This document shows positions 1 through 13,051 of a stretch of DNA of 64,000 bases, piece after piece. The notes under the pieces were generated by a model, which searched no databases, had not been told where the DNA came from, and saw nothing but the letters and a program-made list of their open reading frames with translations. The position numbers and the translations under genes are program-made. Within the stretch, counting starts at the first letter, position 1. Each line of letters begins with the position of its first letter. Origin of the DNA: the human T2T-CHM13v2.0 reference genome, Homo sapiens; assembly GCF_009914755.1 (NCBI RefSeq), contig NC_060937.1; one strand, given 5' to 3'.

Positions 1-112
1 TGCAAAAAAAATCAAATGTGGTAGAAATTCCTGATTTCTCCAAACACTGACAATTTTATTAGACTTTTTACCACATCAAAATTGAAAAATGATACTTAAG
101 AGAAAGGAAACA

Positions 113-250
113 GCCATTCATTCATTGCTCACGTCTTCATTGCGTGTTAACTCTGGACAGTGATGTTCTCAGCTTTGGGGAAATAAGGATAAAAACGTGT
201 CACTTCTGCCTTTAAGGATTTTGATGTCTACTGGGAGAGAAAAACGTTGC
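113..250 (-). mobile_element. L2 LINE 3' end fragment
   Basis: CATTCATTCATT tail followed by degenerate L2 3' sequence (...ctgcctttaaggattttgatgtctactgggagaga). Confidence 0.5.
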
Positions 251-599
251 TTAACTGGAGCATAGTAAGTACTACAGAAGAGGCAGAAAAAAGGGAAAGT
301 AGGAGCAACGGTTAGGACTAAAATTAAAATGTTGAGAACAAATTATATCAAGTTATAAGTTACGCGCATGTGATGACAGCATAAATTATATTAGATAAGG
401 GCTATAGACACTATTATCATTTGATAATAAATGGGGATGTTGGCTCATTTCAGAAAGCCTTTGGGATATGATACACTGATACGTTAATACCAATAGTAAT
501 AAGAATAAAATTATTAATTGTGGGAAGCTATTATGGGCCAGGCACTTTTATGGATGTGTTACATGTGATCCAAGAAATAAAACCACATGTAGAGCATTG

Positions 600-785
600 T
601 GGCTCATGAAAAGGATGTGGAATCAGATGTCCTAGGTTCAAATCCCAGTTCTATCCAAATTGCCCATTTGGCCATATTCAAGTTACCTTTCTCCAAGGGT
701 TTTTTTTCCCATGGAGAGAATGTCAATAACTTACTCGTTCAAGGGTAATTATGAGAAAATGAGTTAATTGATTTAACACAGTGAA
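600..785 (+). mobile_element. MIR SINE
   Basis: ggaatcagatgtcctaggttcaaatcccagttct (B-box) followed by a degenerate MIR core. Confidence 0.6.
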
Positions 786-805
786 TTAACATTAACAAGG
801 TGTGT

Positions 806-809
806 TATT

Positions 810-841
<32 letters not shown>

Positions 842-849
842 TATTATTA
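806..849. repeat. (ATC)n/(ATT)n microsatellite at the tail position of the adjacent Alu
   Basis: Seen directly: tcatcatcat...ttattatta. Confidence 0.95.
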
Positions 850-850
850 C

Positions 851-1115
851 TTGAGACAGAATCTTGATCTGTCACCCAGGCTGGAGTGCAGTGCAACCTC
901 TGCCTTCCGGGTTCAAGCGATTCTCCTGCCTCAGCCTCCCGAGTAGCTGGGATTATAGGCGCCCGCCACCACGCCTGGCTAATTTTTTTATTTTTAGTAG
1001 AGACAAGGTTTCACCATGTTGGCCAGGCTGGTCTTGAACTCCTGACCTCAAGTAATCCACCTGCTTCAGCCTCTCGAAGTGCTAGGATTACAGGCGTGAG
1101 CCACAGCGCCTGGCC
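851..1115 (-). mobile_element. AluS with about 20 bp internal deletion
   Basis: Reverse-complement Alu dimer; ggagtgcagtgcaacctc lacks the usual ggcgcgatctcggctcact stretch. Confidence 0.95.
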
Positions 1116-1119
1116 TATT

Positions 1120-1175
1120 TTTTATTTTTATTTTTTTGTTGTTGTTGTTGAGACCGAGTCTCGCTCTGTCTCCCA
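1120..1175 (-). mobile_element. Severely 5'-truncated Alu (about 27 bp body plus tail)
   Basis: T-rich tail plus gagaccgagtctcgctctgtctccca, flanked by direct repeat CTGGCCTATT (1110-1119 / 1176-1185). Confidence 0.8.
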
Positions 1176-1317
1176 CTGGCCTATTATTTTTTTGACACTT
1201 GAAACATCTCTGATTTAGAGTTCATGTAACTTTCCAAATACCACAGGCATGGTTAGCCCAAAACAGGTTCGGCACACATTTGCGTTCTCCAAAGCCTGTG
1301 TTCTTTTAACCCTGTAC

Positions 1318-1440
1318 TGTGTGTGTGTGTCTGTGTATATACTATTTTATATGTATAAAATATATTTATATATGTATATTTATATATATTTATATATATG
1401 AAATAGTATCTATATATTTATGATGTATATCATATATACA
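1318..1440. repeat. (TG)n and degenerate (TA)n low-complexity tract
   Basis: Seen directly. Confidence 0.9.
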
Positions 1441-1915
1441 TCTTAAAAACTTCCAACCTCAACTACCATGATATTTAGAAATAAAAGGTGACTTCCTCTT
1501 TTTAGATTACAACTTTGTCTGTGCTTCTAATATGACTAAGTTTAGCATTAATTAAATGACATAATTTTATGTAGTATTAAAAGTTGGCATGTCTAAATTA
1601 TTCCGTTTAATTGATATCAGATTAGAATTTGAAAACTTTATGCTACAATTTAGATGTATAAATATTGATCCACTCAGACATAAAAAAGTTCTCTTTATTA
1701 CCAGCTGCATGAGTGATGCTATCTTTAATTTTACTAGTTGTGGAACAATTTGGAGAATGTGATATTATAGCTGAATAGTGAAACTAATATTTAAGTAATG
1801 CTGACACAGCAAAATCAAAACAAAACAAGTCTCTATGTTATTCTCTTTGCTGTCATCATTAAAATCAGTACATTAATAAGGGAGAACTTGGCAGCTGGGG
1901 CAGCAGGCAGGTTGG

Positions 1916-1934
1916 CAGCCACAAGGGGGTGTTC
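1916..1934 (+). promoter_or_regulatory. CTCF-like motif (CCACAAGGGGGTG)
   Basis: Two mismatches to CCACCAGGGGGCG; motif match only. Confidence 0.3.
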
Positions 1935-2504
1935 CTCATGCTGCAAAGTTTACAAATTTTTTTTCCAACTACATATGCCTCATTTTTCTTGGAATTCTGT
2001 TCTTTTACTTGAATATGCAATCTCATGGTACCAACCCAATGCATCAAAACACTAGCAATTTCTGATATACTTTGGGGAAGGCAATCACGTGTCTATTTCA
2101 TCGCATGCCACCACAATATTCTTCCATGATGGAAGATGTTTTCAGACTTCCTTTTTCAATTTTTTTCTTCGTATTTTAATTTTCAGACATTCTTTTTTTA
2201 TTTTCATCTGATAGCTCATGCATGGATACTCTGAGAGAGGATGCATGTAATTCAAAGATACACTAAAGTAATAAATACATTTCTGTGTGTCATTTTTCCA
2301 TGTGGTAGTAGATGGAAACTTCTGTCTATATGGAGAGCTAAAGATCCTAGCTCACATCAAAATGTTACTTAGAAATGCACACCATGGCCTCCTTTTGCTT
2401 CTGTTTATCTTTCATATTACAAAGTAGAAGAAAGATGATAATTGGATACTGCTATTTATGGCCACTGAATCCACATCATTTTTAGGAGCTAGGTCACCTA
2501 ACAT

Positions 2505-5500
2505 TTCGTCCTGATTTGTTTTCTGTTTTAAATTTCTTTGATTTCTGCTCTTAACTTTATTATTTTTCTCCTTCTGCTTGCCTCAGGTTTCTGTTGTTCT
2601 TCTTTTTCTAGGTCCTTGAAGTAGGAGGTTAGATTATGTATTTGAATTTTTCCTCTTTACTGTTATAAACATTTAATTTCCTAAGGTTTTCTCTCAGCAT
2701 TGCTTTAGGTGTGTCTTATAAATTTTGACATGTTGTGTTTTTATTTTTATTCAAGTATGTAAATAAATATATATATATATTTAATTTTGTTTGAGGCTTC
2801 CTTTGTGACCCATGGATTATTAGATATATATATTTCCAAATGTCTGGAGGTTTTTCTGTTATCTTTCCATTATTGATTTCTAGTTTGATTCCACAGGGGC
2901 CATAGAACACAATCTGTATGATTTCAGTTCTTTTAAATTTGTTGAGGTTTGTTTAATGGCCCAGAAGATGGTCTCTCATGGGTTAAGGTTCTGTAAGTGT
3001 AAAAAATGTTTCTGATTGGAGTATTCTATAAATGTTGGTTAGACTCTGTTGGGTGATGTGTTTTGAGTTCTTATAGATCCTGGCTGCTTTTCTCTCCAGT
3101 TGTTTTATCATTGTTGAGAGAGGGATGTTGAAGTTTTCAACTTTAATTGTGAGTTTGTCTATTTCTCCTTTTAGTTCTGTTTTTGCCTCACATATTTTGC
3201 AGCTGTGTTGTTTCATTTATACACATTTAGAATTCGTATGTTTTGGTGGATTTACCCTTTTATCATTATGTAATATTCTTGTATGTCTCTGGTAATTTTC
3301 TTTTCTCCACAGTCTACTTTACTTGATGTTAATATAGCTACTCTTAATTTCTTTAGATTAATGGTTGCATAATATATTTTCCCCATCTTTTTACTTTTAG
3401 GCTACTCCTATCATTATATTTGACCTTAGTTTCTTATACACAACGTATAGTTTGGTCATGTTTTCAAATTCACTATGCCAGTCTCTGTTACTGAATTGAT
3501 GTGTTTGGACCATTTACATTTAATATGATTGATGATATGTTAAGGCTTAAGTCTGATATTTTATTTCTGTTTTCTGTTTGTTCTGTCTTGTTTTGACTTC
3601 TCTGTTTTCATACATTCCTGTGGGTCACTTGAACACATTTTAGAGTAACATTTTGATTTGTCTGTAGTGTTTTTAAGTATCTCGTATAGCTATTTTAGTA
3701 GTTTTCCTAGATATTACATTATATGTACATAATTTATTACAGCCTACTGGTCTTGATATTTTACCAGTTAAAGTGAAGTATAGAATCCTTGCTTCTCTTT
3801 ACATTTCTTTACCTTCTCCCATTCATAATAAAATTGTTGTAAATATTTTGTCTCCACATATTTAGAACTACATTAGAGAATATTATATTTTTTAAACCCT
3901 CAAACATAATTTAGAAACTTAAGAGGAAAAGGAAAACGTATTTGCTTATACTTAACTTTCCTTTGTTCTCTTCTCTTTTTCAAAGTTCCAAGATTCTTTC
4001 TGTTATGATTTCTTTTTAGAGAATTTTTATTAGCAACAATTTTTTTTTAAGATAGATCTGTTGGCAGCAAATTCTATTACTTTTTCTTCCTCAGAAGATG
4101 TCTTGGTTTCTTGTTCATTACTGAAGGATATTTTTCACTGGATATAGATTCTTCATTTGACAGTTCTCTTTCAGCACTTGAGAAGTAGGTTACTTCCTTA
4201 TGGGCTCCATGATTTCTAATGAAAAAATATGCCGTCATTTAAATTATTTTTTTCAATATAGATAATTGCTTATTTCTATCTTGCTTTTTTCAAGACTTTT
4301 TCTTCGTCTTCAGTGTTCAAAAATTTGACTATGCTATGTCTTGGGGTGGACTTCTTCAGAGTTTTTCTGTTTGGATTTCTCTTAGATTCTTAAACATGTA
4401 GGTTTAGGTCTTTTGCCAAATTTGGGACATTTCAGCCATTATTTCTTTGAGTACTTGTGAGCTTCACTCTATTTCCCCTCTCCTTCCAAGGTCTCAATGG
4501 TAAGAATTTTAGGTCTCTTGTTATAGTCCCATAGGTCCCAGAGGCCTTGTTTATTATTTTTTTCCAGTTTGTTTACTCTCCATTCTTAATATTGGGTTAT
4601 TTATGTTGTTCTGTTTTAGCTCACTAATTCTTCTTTTTGCCCCTTTAATTCTACTGTTGAACTCATACACTAAGTTTTTTTAAAAATTTTGTTTTTGTGT
4701 TTTTTCAGTTCTACAATTTCCATTTGGTTTTTTATGTCTTCTATCTATTTATTTGCTGAGAGATTCTATTTTTCAATTGTTCCATGTATGTTCAGAATAG
4801 CTCACTGAAGTATTTTTATTGTGGCTGCTTTAAAGTATTTATCAGATAATTGCAACATCTTTGTCATCCTTGTGTTAGCCTCCATTGATTGTCTTTTTCT
4901 TCGTTTAGATTTTTCTCATTCTTGTTGTGATGAGTGATTTTTTATATTGAAGTGAGGACATTTTAGGTATTACGTTATGAGACTCAGGGTCTTATTTAAA
5001 CCTGTATCAGTTGGCTTCCTCTGACATCCTCTGACAGAAAAATGGGGAGTGAGTTGCCTCATTATCTCCAGTTAGGGGAAGAAATCCAATCCAGTCCCTT
5101 GGCGTTCACTGATACCTGAAGTGGAGAGTTTCCTGTTACTGCTGGAAAGTGATGGGAGTTCTGGGTCCTCCAGCCCCTGGGCCCCTGTTTATTCCCCTGG
5201 AAAGGAGAGGAAGGAATACATCATGAGTGCTCCCTACATGGTCCCACTGACACCATGGAGAATGATCTTATGATCACTGAGTGATGGCGAAAGACCTAGT
5301 GCACTTATCTAGCACTAGGCCACCTGTGACACCAACATATCAAGGAGAGGGAGGGGCATCTCATTACTACTGGGTTGGGGTGGAAGTCCAGGTTTCCCAC
5401 AAAGTCTCCACTGACCCTGTAGTGAGGCAGCCTCATTACCATGTGGCAAGGATGAACATCCCAGCTCCCTTCTCTGCCTTCTCTAACACCACCCCAATAG

Positions 5501-5946
5501 GGGCGTTGAGGTGTCTCCTTTCACCCTGGAGTAAGTGGAAGTCTAGGCTTCTCACTTTGTCTTTGCTGGCATGATGATGGGGCCACTGTCTTTTCTTTGG
5601 CTGGAGCAGAGAAGTTATACTCTGAAAGTTTACTGTCTTGCTAAACTGCTCCTTTCTGGTGCTTTGGTTAAGGATAGCAGGCATTTTTATTGGGGGGTTA
5701 CTTTTATCTGCTCCTGTTGACATTTGGTCTTGTCAGCTTCTCCAGCTAAAACCCAAACTAAAACCCCCAGGAACTCACCATGATGTTGTTCCTTGTATCC
5801 TACCATCTCTAGCCAGTGAGCTTTCTCATTTGTCTTTTAGGGGCTTTTTATGTTTGTTTTATACACAATGTGCAGGATTTTAAATGGTACTTAGCAGAAG
5901 GAATGAGAAAAAGTACTTCTATTTCATCTCTTTGGAAGTGGAAGTC
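2505..5946 (-). mobile_element. Old L1M (L1MC/MD-like) 5' portion: 5'UTR, ORF1 relic and ORF2 endonuclease relic
   Basis: ORFs 2983-3216 (ELKGEIDKLTIKVENFNIPLS) and 2716-2910 (GIKLEINN...NTTCQNL) resemble L1 ORF2 N-terminus; the end at 5946 reads GACTTCCACTTCCAAAGAGATG on the minus strand, typical of an L1M 5' terminus. Confidence 0.85.
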
Positions 5947-6109
5947 TAATATTAACGTCTTATTCAACCTTGCCAAGACTTAGTGAAATGCTTAAGAAAA
6001 CTTTGTTCTAATTCTAATATGTATGATATCTTTTATCATTATCCTGGTCCTATTAAATGTACATTCCATATTCCATCCAGTATACTATTATGATGATAGT
6101 AACAGTGAT

Positions 6110-6280
6110 AGTAGTGGCTAACACCTATATGGTGTTATGTATAGAAATGTAGTCATTTAATATTCATGATGATCTAATAATTAGTTATCATTATTTCCTT
6201 AATGCAGATGAGGAACTAATGCACAGGGAGACTAAATAATTTCACCAAGGTCTTTCAGCTGAGCTTTGAGCTAAGGCAGA
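6110..6280 (-). mobile_element. MIR SINE
   Basis: gcagatgaggaactaatgcacagggagactaaataatttcaccaaggtc core. Confidence 0.7.
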
Positions 6281-6485
6281 TGTGGTCGCTCTCCTGAGTT
6301 TCAGAGAATTTAGTGAACATTTCAGAGAACTCTTACTTACTATTTTAATTTGCAATTTCTTCAAGTTCAAACTTGAAGCACAATCTTTACCACTAGCTAT
6401 ATTTCTAAAAGGGCTTTGATTTCTTCAAAATTCCTGCCACCAATGATGATTATCCAAACAGTGGTTTCATGAGGCTCATGGTGCC

Positions 6486-6940
6486 TGTTGGGAGACATTC
6501 CTCACTGGGAGTCTTGTGCTCATTTGTGTCTTATGATGTCCCCAAAATGCAAGTCCCTGACTGATCTTTACCTGGGCTCAGGATTGTGTTTGCAGCGAGA
6601 GCAACTTTGAGGCACGAGATACTATCTCCCTGCAGAAAAAAGAAGTCTGTCTTTTGCTAACTCTAAAAGCAGTGAATACCCCAAACTCAGGGTTTATCTT
6701 TTGTAAAGCCACCCATGGTCAGTGTAGATGTCTTTTGTCTGTTTAAGCTCGTGTGGGATTCGGGGCTTGGAAAATTGGTGCAATTACACAGTCACTGACT
6801 ACTACTTTTGCTGGAAGTAATAAAATTTTTTGTCTGTAACCCAGGAGTCTCATACCTTCAGGGGTAACCATGAAATGGTGGCAGGCTAACTTTTTAGCTT
6901 GCAGGTAGGGTAAAATATCTGATCCTTCACGGTTTTCACA
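6486..6940 (+). mobile_element. ERVL solo LTR (LTR40-like)
   Basis: TG...CA termini (tgttgggagaca ... ggttttcaca), AATAAA, LTR40-like 3' end, degenerate 5 bp flanks gtgcc/gtggt. Confidence 0.7.
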
Positions 6941-7275
6941 GTGGTACAAGGTCCACTCTTGCTTTCTGAGGACTCCAGGAGCTCAGCCCACACTTAGATA
7001 AATGGGATTTATACATTGTTTCTTTAGGCAGGAAGAGTAAGTTAACATTTGAGTCCAGGCAGAAACAAATTTCTTTACCCTTCAGAAGCGTGAACTTTAT
7101 GATTTTGCCTGTGTAACATTACTGGAAATTTTAGCAGCTTAAAATTTCACCAGTTCATCATTCCATGCCCACAGCCACGTCGACTAAATTGACCATTTGG
7201 CAATTTGTTATCTTCTAATATTATCTCCTTCTAACCATACTGGGGATAATTCTAGCAGATACAGGCTAATGGTGT

Positions 7276-7314
7276 GTTTTTTTTTTGTTTTTTTTTTTTT
7301 TTTTTTTTTTTTTT
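7276..7314. repeat. poly(T) tract
   Basis: Seen directly. Confidence 0.95.
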
Positions 7315-9211
7315 GGCCCAGTCAAAAAGTAAAGACAAATTGGAGAAATGGGATGAAAATTATTATGTGTCCTTCTGGCACCCAGACACAGTAATAAAAA
7401 AAAAAAAACAGGCCAGGGGTTTAAAGATTTCTAATTAAGGGTTTCCACCTCAGTTTCCTCCTGTTGCAGGACATTTGACATAATAGGCTGGCTCCTGAAG
7501 GCAGAGCCTTATGGAGAAAGGTGGGCTTCGTGTTTCAGTGTTTTACTTGCCTCTCCCTTCTGTTCTTTCATTTCCCAGGCCTTCCCATTGTGTAAACACA
7601 CTTGTTCATGCTGTTTTTCTTGCTTCCTTTTTTTTCCCCCATAGTTTGCTAAATATGCCTTTCAAGTATTCTCTTAAAAAAAAAATCGTTTTTTTTTTCC
7701 CTCCAGATTTTGCCTTCGTTTGCTTCATTTTCTGGGCAGAAGGCCCAGTCTGGTTTATACTTATTGTGCATCTATATCTTCTCAAAGTGATTCCTTCCTT
7801 TATAATTATTATTCTCATTCATTTATTTTCTCATTAGAGAATTGAGTGATGTGGAAAGGTGACCTCCCAGCTGATCTTTCAGGAGAAATACTTCCTTCTG
7901 TGTCTTTTAAAATATTCTTCTATGATGTTGGAAGATGAGGCTTAATGCCTTCCTTACATGCTTTGCTGCTGAGTAGAATGACATTTGTTTTGACCAGTGC
8001 TCGCTTCATTTTCTTTCCTCTTATTGAATCAGATAGAAATCATGCACTTGTCTCTGTGTGTTTGTATGCCTGAGTGTAGTGGAGTTGCAAAGGCAAATGC
8101 TCTGTGTGTGTTTGTGTGTCTGTGGGTTTGTGTGCTGAGTGTGATGCAGCGTAGATGCATAGGCGAATGCTCTGCTGCACTTTGGCATGTTTATTTTGGA
8201 ATGTCATTTCCAATCAAATCTAACATTTATAACTGGCCTCCCTTCATGGCTTTCTGGGCCACAGTTTAAATGCCCAAGAATAAACATGTCAGCTGTAAAT
8301 GGAAGATTATGGCAGCAACCAAGACAGATTGCCATCTCATCAGCTGCTTAAAAATTAAAATTTCTTTCTGTGGCTAGACTTTCTTACAGCTATGTCTATG
8401 GGCTGTGAAGAAAGCAGATATTTAGTGGAGTGAATGGGGTATAGGATATAAGATGTTAAAATATCACAAAGTGCCTTGTCTTGTCAGTAAAAGACAACCG
8501 TAGAGAATACCAAGCTGAGCCAGAATGCTTTTTAAGAAATTTCTCCCAAGCAACCAGAATCTAGTGATTCTAGGATCTAACAAGAATAAATTTTCTAGTG
8601 GGATATGTATTTTATAGTTATGGAAATGCAGAATTGCATATTCACGTGTAAGCCTATAAGTTTTAAAGATGCAAAGGGAAGTGTAACAAGTTTTATTTTT
8701 CTATTTGAAAGCAGAGTATTTTTCACAGATGACTACACTCAGCTTGCTGACACATTCTCTGGATTTACCAAGTGAAATTGCACAGTGTCAGGAATGATTT
8801 GCCAATGTCTTCAGTAGGTATGAACTTAATACATCTTTCACATTTAAGAAGCCACCAGAAGCTGTCAACTGGCCAAATGAAGGGGTATCCCACTGAGCTG
8901 GGTTAACATCGTCAAATGAATGTGATGAAATGTTACTTCATTGATGATGGCATATTGTGATTCCATCAGAGCCTTCCCTTAGGAAACACTATGCACTATG
9001 GTACTTTTCTTGATTATTACAAAATATATGGATTCCTATCCTTTATTTTAGCAGGTTGGAGGAATCTGAAAAAAGATGTTTCGTGAACAATCCAAATGGA
9101 TTCTTTACCATAAAACTCTGACTTTTATTGCTGTTATAACTTTGGACTTTCTCAGTAAAATTAAACAATCCTTTGGGTGCAGCAGTTTATTCCTTTAAAA
9201 ATCAAGCTGTG

Positions 9212-9573
<362 letters not shown>

Positions 9574-10587
9574 TCATGGCTATTTCGTCATGCTCCCCTG
9601 CTTTCATCAGAGATATCAACAGATGAGCAGCTGTTGACCCAGAAAGGTGGATCAATGCTTATGGCCATACCCTGTATTAGTTTCCTTATCTTTGCAAGTT
9701 GGGTCCTACGGGGTTTCAAATCCAGCTGCCTTTAATAGACAGAACGCTTAGGGCCACACACGTGAAGGACTTACTAGGTATTGCTTAACTCTGTTTTTGT
9801 TCATAAACAGGCATCAAGGATGGAGATGCGCTAAGACTGATGATGTACACAGTACAAATAGTGCAAATAAGGATGAGAATACAAGCCCTGGTGATTAAAA
9901 AAGGTCAATAATGTTTTTCAAGGAGCACTTAGCTTTTTAAATGATTGTTTAAAAAATGTTGCTTCCATGTATTAAGTCTGAATTGTCCTTAGATGAATGA
10001 CAGGAAATTATGTCTGTCTTTTCTTTTAATATGTGTATGTTCATCCAAACACAATGAAGTAAAACACCGAAGCTTTATCTGTGTGATTCAAGTCCCCTAA
10101 CCTATCTTTATCTGAATATTAAAAGAGAAAAATCTTGGTAGATATAAATAAGAACTAAATTGTCTACAAAATTGATTTAATTCTCATTTTATTTTTTTTA
10201 AATTTTTACATGACCTACAGGACATCACTTGTAACACAATAAAGAAAAAGATATTATTCTTTAATACAGATTACAAAGTTGACAGTGAAAATTGCATCAT
10301 GATTGGTTGAAAGAGATATTGATAGGATTTAATAGTCCTCTACTTTAATTGCTACTGTTTCCAATTAGACAGAGTTGGTGTTGCTCAGCCTGAAAATTCT
10401 GGACTCTGACTTCTTGAGCCTCTACAACTCTAAAATGTTCGTGTTCACTGCTGTGCTAACTTTACATTTAAGCATTAGTAATGATATTTTTAGATAATTT
10501 TAATGTTTTTTATAGTAGTTATGAATACACTAACCTTTTTCATCCCATGCTTACTGTAAAAATAAGATTAGCCAATGATTATCTCTT

Positions 10588-10612
10588 TTATATATATATA
10601 TATATATATATT
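10588..10612. repeat. (TA)n microsatellite
   Basis: Seen directly. Confidence 0.95.
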
Positions 10613-12169
10613 TGACAATCCCGTGGTTATGGTAAATTTCACACATACTGACATTACTTTGAGAAAACTGATTTGTATCCCTACTCCCATCCCAGGAGAA
10701 TGTTCTTATTATCTCAGTAACGTCCAGCAGATGATATCAAGATACGGGTCAGCTGGTGAGCACATGTGGGATTATAAGAAAATCGGCCTGAAACAGCTCA
10801 AATTCACCAATAAGCCATCCCATGCATGGCATTTTATTTATTGAGAATCTTAATAAACATTTCCATCATAATTCTCTTCCAAGTAGCCTTGGCACAACTT
10901 GGATTTCTTCCTTCTTATGGTCTTTATAACTGTGCTTGCACAAACTCTGTTATAGCAGTAGATGACTGAGGGAAGTTAGCTGGTTTGGTAGCTCTAAATA
11001 CCATCCCCAGGACCTGGATTAATAACCAGCAGAACATTTATTGTTGAATAATGAATTCACTCCTTGTATAATGCTTTAATGTAAGAAATTTCTCCCTTGA
11101 TTGGTTTGAGCCCTTTCTTAAACTCACACGTCATTAGCGAGCTAGGAAGTGTATTGTTGGACTACTGGTAATTCTTAGCAGTGTACGAAGACCACTATGT
11201 TCCGTATATTAGTATCTAACATTTATTGAGCACAAGCTTTATGTGCCAAGTGCATTGGCAGGTGCTCTCTATTTAAAGTGGAAAGTACAACGAGTACTTG
11301 TTCCTTCCCCTGAGTGTAAAAGGAGTAGGTGGAACTCTTAGTATGGAAACTAGCAAATTTGAGTGTATCTGACATGGGGTGGGGGTGGGGGGGTGGTGCA
11401 GATCTTGGCTAATAGCAGGAAAAAAGTAGGTAAGTCATATATGCATACATAAGACCAAGACTCATTCAGGGCATAAGAAATTGTGTGAAATTATTTGAAG
11501 TTATTGAGATAAGATTTTGTTTTTAACAAAGGCAGAACTTTTCTACATGCCGGCTTTGCAAACTATATCTTACGTATTTTCAGTCCATGTGCCAAAACTG
11601 TACTAGTCTCTTCTCCATCAGAGACTAACAAAAAACATCATGAAGATCCACCTGCTGTTGTAGTGGCCTGAATGATGCAGGAGAAAGGGGGTTTCCGAGG
11701 GGGAGTATCACCAATCACAAAACCTGAACACATGTTATTGATTCTAGAGCCAAGATGTTGACACTGTCTGCACCCAGATCAAAATTAGATAAAATAACAT
11801 TAGATTTCTATAATTACAGAAAGTAGCATATAACTTGAGACAAAGTTTCTAAAATACTGCATTACAGAACACTTAGTAATTAAATCTTCCATTGCTCCCT
11901 AGTTTAAACACAATGACTATTCATTACTGTGCTGTCCTCCCCAAAACTCCACTGGAGCCTTCTATGTAGCTCCTAGTCTTTCAGTCTCCCTAGAAAACCT
12001 TTTCTATTTTACATGAAAATTTTAGAGGTGTAGAGGCTACAGGAGTCAGAGTACAGACTTTTCAGGTTGAGTAACACCAACTCTGCCATATTGGTAACAG
12101 TATATAAAGTTATATACATAAAATATGAACAGAGATAAAGTTATATACATAAACTATGAAACAATTCCT

Positions 12170-12490
12170 TGCCTTCCTTATTATTTGCCTGTCTGCTCAG
12201 CAAACCTCTGCTCTTTAGTCTCTGTTTCTGCCCAAGACCAGTCTCCCCTCAGGCCCTTGATCTCAGCTTCTTATGTTCCAACAGTGTATCTTAGATTTAT
12301 TCCTTCTTTACTAAGTTCTTTTCCTCAACCTATACACATGCTCAAATAGCCTATCCTTACAGAAACTCTCTTGTGACCCTGAAATTCTCTCCTAATTACT
12401 ATCCATTCTCTTTTCTTTCTCATCCAATGTCATTCATTAATGCAATAAAAGTTTGTTGAGCAGCTATTATGTGCCAGGTACAATGCTAAA
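12170..12490. mobile_element. L2 fragments
   Basis: Pyrimidine-rich L2 body, then a minus-strand L2 3' end (cattcatt...tttgttgagcagctattatgtgccagg). Confidence 0.5.
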
Positions 12491-12869
12491 CTTCTTTAAT
12501 TCTATAATCAGAACAACAGTTATTATTCTTCAGTCTCAAAAAGCATGTATGTATTAAATTAGAAATATAAATTGGGAAAATATAGAAATGTATAAAAAAT
12601 AAATAAAAATTATAAATAATCCTACTCACATGCCCAACACTGGTAATATCAATATATAACCAACCACATATGTACTGCTGCCTATTGGTAATGATGTATT
12701 CTAGATACAGGTAGAGTAAAAATACAAAATATGCCTTACAATATAAATTATTTTAAGTTTGTAATTGTAATTATTTTAAGTATTTTAATGAGATGTTTCT
12801 CACCCTCTTGAATAGTCTTGGAATGCAAAGTTTGTGCTAATTAATGGTCCTGAATTGCAGACCCAACTT

Positions 12870-13051
12870 CTCATTGTATCCTTACATGACAGAGGCCCGT
12901 CCCTTCTGTAAGGACACTCAGCCTATTCCTGAGGGCTCCATGCTTACATTCTAATTATCTCCCAAAAGCCCCCACCTCCTAATGCTGTCACATTGGGCAT
13001 CAGGATTTCACATATGAATTTTATGGGAACACAAACATTCAGCCCATTGCA
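12870..13051 (-). mobile_element. MaLR LTR fragment (MLT1A/MST-like)
   Basis: catatgaattttatgggaacacaaacattcagcccattgca is the reverse complement of an MLT1A-type 5' end. Confidence 0.8.

Noticed and set aside
886-1218. 110 aa ORF and similar ORFs at 9272, 14946-15296, 18392, 27169, 30092, 36471-36829 and 43460
   Set aside because: Translations of Alu sequence ([16 protein letters not shown]); not genes.
6359-6378. Small hairpin CTTCAAGT-TCAA-ACTTGAAG
   Set aside because: An 8-9 bp stem is expected by chance in 64 kb; too short for a pre-miRNA.
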